A stretch of DNA of 32,000 nucleotides from Pyrolobus fumarii 1A (GTDB lineage: Archaea > Thermoproteota > Thermoprotei_A > Sulfolobales > Pyrodictiaceae): assembly GCF_000223395.1 (NCBI RefSeq), contig NC_015931.1, positions 60,001-92,000 on the forward strand, read 5' to 3'. Below, one piece after another: positions 29,617 to 32,000 of the stretch; positions within the stretch are counted from its first letter, which is position 1; the number at the start of each line of letters is the position of its first letter. A program made the translations under genes and the position numbers. The notes under the pieces were generated by a model. That model was not told the DNA's origin, ran no database searches, and saw only the letters and a list, made by a program, of their open reading frames with translations.

Positions 29617-29695
29617 GCGGCGGTCGTCTAGCCTGGACTAGGACGCCGGCCTCCCAAGCCGGTGGTCCCGGGTTCAAATCCCGGCCGCCGCACCA
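29617..29695 (+). tRNA. tRNA-Gly (anticodon CCC), CCA encoded
   Basis: Hand-folded cloverleaf. The acceptor stem is GCGGCGG/CCGCCGC, the anticodon stem CCGGC/GCCGG carries the loop CUCCCAA, and the T arm is CCGGG-UUCAAAU-CCCGG. Confidence 0.93.
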
Positions 29696-29861
29696 CCGCT
29701 GGGCTCCCGGCATCCCTCACACTTGATACTGTCCTGCACCCTGTCCCCATCTCACCTCTGTTAGGATCCCTGCCTTTGGGATGGACGCAAAGAGTGTGTT
29801 GCTCCTGAGGCTGTCTGCTTTCTACCTGCTGGGTTGTGGTGTCTAGCGTGGGGGCCTTCCC

Positions 29862-30332
29862 TTGAAGCTTAGGAGGGCGTCGCGCTGGGAGATTGTCAGG
29901 CTGCGGGCTATTGCGGATTACCAGTTTGGTCTTGGTGCTGGTGAGTGCCTGGTTCCGGACGATGCTATTGTCGGTGTGTCGCCTAACACGCTGCGTATAC
30001 GCGAGGTGTATGGGGGTGAGGGTGTACTTCTTGCTACGCTGCGTGCGAGTGACTACTTCTTCTCTTTGAGTATCGAGGGTGCAAAGCGGCTGTTGTCGTG
30101 CTTCCCTAGGCCTAGGCTACGTGTCGTGGTTGACCCTTCTCGCGTGCCTCACAAGTCCGTTCCCACGGAGGCCATTCTGGATGTTGACGAGGAGCTTAGG
30201 GCTGGTGACGAGGTTATCGTTGTTGATTTGGGTGACTCTCTTGTTGGTGTTGGTAGGTTGAGGCTCTCGCCTTTAGAGATAAAGTCTGGGGTGAGGGGGG
30301 AGGCTGTTAGGCTTCGGAAGAAGGTGCGGTAG
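29862..30332 (+). CDS. ArcTGT C-terminal-module protein (C2 + PUA domains), stand-alone
   Basis: The region RLRAIADYQFGLGAGECL and the later LATLRASDYFFSLSIEGAKRL match the C2 domain of archaeosine TGT. The C-terminal DEELRAGDEVIVVD...GVGRLRLS...GEAVRLRK is PUA-like. The start is TTG. Confidence 0.8.
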   Translation: MKLRRASRWEIVRLRAIADYQFGLGAGECLVPDDAIVGVSPNTLRIREVYGGEGVLLATLRASDYFFSLSIEGAKRLLSCFPRPRLRVVVDPSRVPHKSVPTEAILDVDEELRAGDEVIVVDLGDSLVGVGRLRLSPLEIKSGVRGEAVRLRKKVR

Positions 30333-30335
30333 TGT

Positions 30336-31094
30336 ATGGCTGAGCTCGTGTTTGCTCATCGCCGGGTTAGGGTATACGCTATCGACCCGGGTGCGTTGAG
30401 CGAGGCCGCTAGAGACGGGGTGTTGATAACTGGTTTCAGGGGGTTCGGGGCTGTCGGGTACATCACTACCACGCATCTTGTGGAGAAGCTTAGACTACAG
30501 AGACTGGGATACATCGTCACCAGGTATATGCCAGAGTTTGTGACGCGGGGTGCCGACGGGGGGATAGTCGCGCCTTTCGAGATATACGGGTCTGTCGAGA
30601 GGAGGCTATTGGTGCTCGTCAACCACGATGTACCCGTTGAGAGGGAGAGGGATGCGTACGCAGAGGCCGTAGTCCTCTTTGCTAAGAAGATGGGCGTGTC
30701 GAGGGGCGTATTCATCGGCGGGTTTGACGCGAGGTTTCGTAGGGGTGAGGAGAGGTTCCGCTGGCTCGCTTCTGGCGGCTATCAGGGCGAGTTTAGCGAG
30801 CCAACGATAGACAAGGACTTGTTCGTGGTGGGTCCCCTGGCGCTCCTCATACTCTACTCGGAGATTCACCGGTTCCCCGCAGTCACGATACTACCCTACA
30901 CTGAGACTGCGAGGCCGGACCCGGCTGCAGCTGCTGTGGCCGTTGAGGTCGTTGCTAGGCTGCTAAACCTGGAGGTTGACGTGAGTGAGTTGCTCGAGAT
31001 GGCTAGGAAGATTGAGGAGGTCATAGAGAGGGTCGAGCATCAGCGCGAGGCTGCTACTGCGCCAAGCGGGGCTAGCGACAGGCTCTACACTTGA
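30336..31094 (+). CDS. PAC2-family proteasome assembly chaperone (PbaA/PbaB-like)
   Basis: The N-terminal ITGFRGFGAVGYITTTHLVEKL is the PAC2 signature. The C-terminus ends ...DRLYT, which fits a hydrophobic-Tyr-X (HbYX) proteasome-docking motif. The gene starts 4 nt after the PUA gene stop. Confidence 0.8.
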   Translation: MAELVFAHRRVRVYAIDPGALSEAARDGVLITGFRGFGAVGYITTTHLVEKLRLQRLGYIVTRYMPEFVTRGADGGIVAPFEIYGSVERRLLVLVNHDVPVERERDAYAEAVVLFAKKMGVSRGVFIGGFDARFRRGEERFRWLASGGYQGEFSEPTIDKDLFVVGPLALLILYSEIHRFPAVTILPYTETARPDPAAAAVAVEVVARLLNLEVDVSELLEMARKIEEVIERVEHQREAATAPSGASDRLYT

Positions 31095-31111
31095 CGGGGC
31101 ATCACCCCGTC

Positions 31112-32000
31112 CTACTCTTCTTCTAGTACCCTCGTCTCTATCTTCTCGACCCTGCCAGCCAGTCGGGCTACGAGCCTTTCAGCGATGAGCCTTGTCCACT
31201 CCTCTTCGGCCACGTATATCGTTACGTTCTTGTATCCGTGTTTCTCTACGAACTGTGCCACTATGCTAACAGTCTCTTCTAGCGCCTCTAGCGGGTAGGT
31301 GCGGGGCGCCTCGAACTGTGAGAGTGGGTATGTTTCTGCAAGCTCCTCGGGTATCGGGCCTATGACCGGCGCGTATGCTACTAGGTGTGCACCTGGGTGT
31401 TTGGAGCGTAGCTTCCTGTGCCTCGGGCTGCTCGTCGCCGGTTTAGCATCTAGGTCTAAGGGGTAGAGCACGAGTGTCGAGGATGGAGGCTTGTAGCTCT
31501 CTAACACTCTCTTATGGTGCCTGATTACCTCGGGGCGTTTGAGCTCTTCTGGTATAGCGTAGAGGAATAGCCCGTGGACCTCGCCGCCTTTTAGACGCGG
31601 GTCTAGCTTTTCTATCATCTCGGCGTACTTTACGAGTGTTTGGAGGGCTCTCTTTAGGGATGGGTGGGTATGCGCCTTCTCGACTAGAAGCTCCCAGAGC
31701 CTCCCCTCTCTAATTGCCAGTTTCACTCTGTTTATCTCTTGGCGCAGTACGTAGAGGTTGTGTAGCGCTAGTAGCCTTATGCGCTCCGGGGCAGGCATCT
31801 CTAGCAGCTCTTGTGGCGTGTATTTGGCGCATACGGGGCAACTGCAGGGGAAGTAGTCCATGTCCTCCAGGCGGTGTGTGCCGTAGGGTGTTATGTAGCG
31901 GTTGTCGCGAGCGTATAGTATGTACGATGCTGAGTCGAACATGTCGACGCCTAGGGCTACCGCAAACGGGATTATCATGGGGTGGCCTGCGCCGAAGAGG
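31112..32000 (-). CDS. tgtA: Archaeosine tRNA-guanine transglycosylase, catalytic and C1 part (5' end beyond the window)
   Basis: The reading frame is open to the window edge. It contains LFGAGHPMIIPFAVALGVDMFDSASY and the Zn motif CSCPVCAKY...H. The C-terminus ends after a C1-like domain with no PUA domain. Confidence 0.95.
   Translation of the reverse strand, partial: LFGAGHPMIIPFAVALGVDMFDSASYILYARDNRYITPYGTHRLEDMDYFPCSCPVCAKYTPQELLEMPAPERIRLLALHNLYVLRQEINRVKLAIREGRLWELLVEKAHTHPSLKRALQTLVKYAEMIEKLDPRLKGGEVHGLFLYAIPEELKRPEVIRHHKRVLESYKPPSSTLVLYPLDLDAKPATSSPRHRKLRSKHPGAHLVAYAPVIGPIPEELAETYPLSQFEAPRTYPLEALEETVSIVAQFVEKHGYKNVTIYVAEEEWTRLIAERLVARLAGRVEKIETRVLEEE

Overview
The window looks like a chromosomal segment of a hyperthermophilic crenarchaeon. 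This is inferred from the extremely GC-rich rRNA, a 16S-23S operon with no spacer tRNA, archaeosine genes and a crenarchaeal-type uptake hydrogenase. No database was consulted.

Layout, left to right:
- 80-2526: queC, a small conserved hypothetical gene and a HAD phosphatase.
- 2495-6514: an uncharacterised 932-aa P-loop NTPase, a divergent membrane protein and a small ORF.
- 6568-7626: a GltD-like flavoprotein.
- 7883-15264: a membrane-bound [NiFe] uptake-hydrogenase operon (hynS-isp1-isp2-hynL), its maturation protease and unknown accessory ORFs.
- 15218-19225: an unknown 124-aa ORF (minus strand), a Nudix hydrolase and V4R protein, then the conserved archaeal cluster PDCD5-like / rps19e / YhbY-like / RNase P Rpp21, divergent from nep1.
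- 19641-20728: tRNA-Glu(CUC) and a stand-alone Cdc48 N-domain protein.
- 21320-26246: the 16S-23S rRNA operon on the minus strand, with long processing stems.
- 27032-32000: a 440-aa orphan ORF, a UPF0282 metallo-beta-lactamase-fold protein, tRNA-Gly(CCC), and a split archaeosine TGT (a C2-PUA protein and a catalytic tgtA that runs off the window end) with a PAC2 proteasome-chaperone gene between them.

I recognised no CRISPR array, transposase or integrase.

Most notable observations:
1. Strand composition and codon third positions flip sharply across the rRNA operon. This makes the locus a candidate replication origin, terminus or inversion junction.
2. The 16S gene carries about 70 extra nt at the apex of helix 44.
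3. A perfect 19-bp inverted repeat contains the start codons of two divergent genes.
4. The hydrogenase small subunit has a Cys-to-Asp change in the proximal-cluster motif and two insertions of about 75 aa each.
5. The large P-loop NTPase locus has no assignable function.

All coordinates of RNA ends and alternative starts are hand-derived and approximate.
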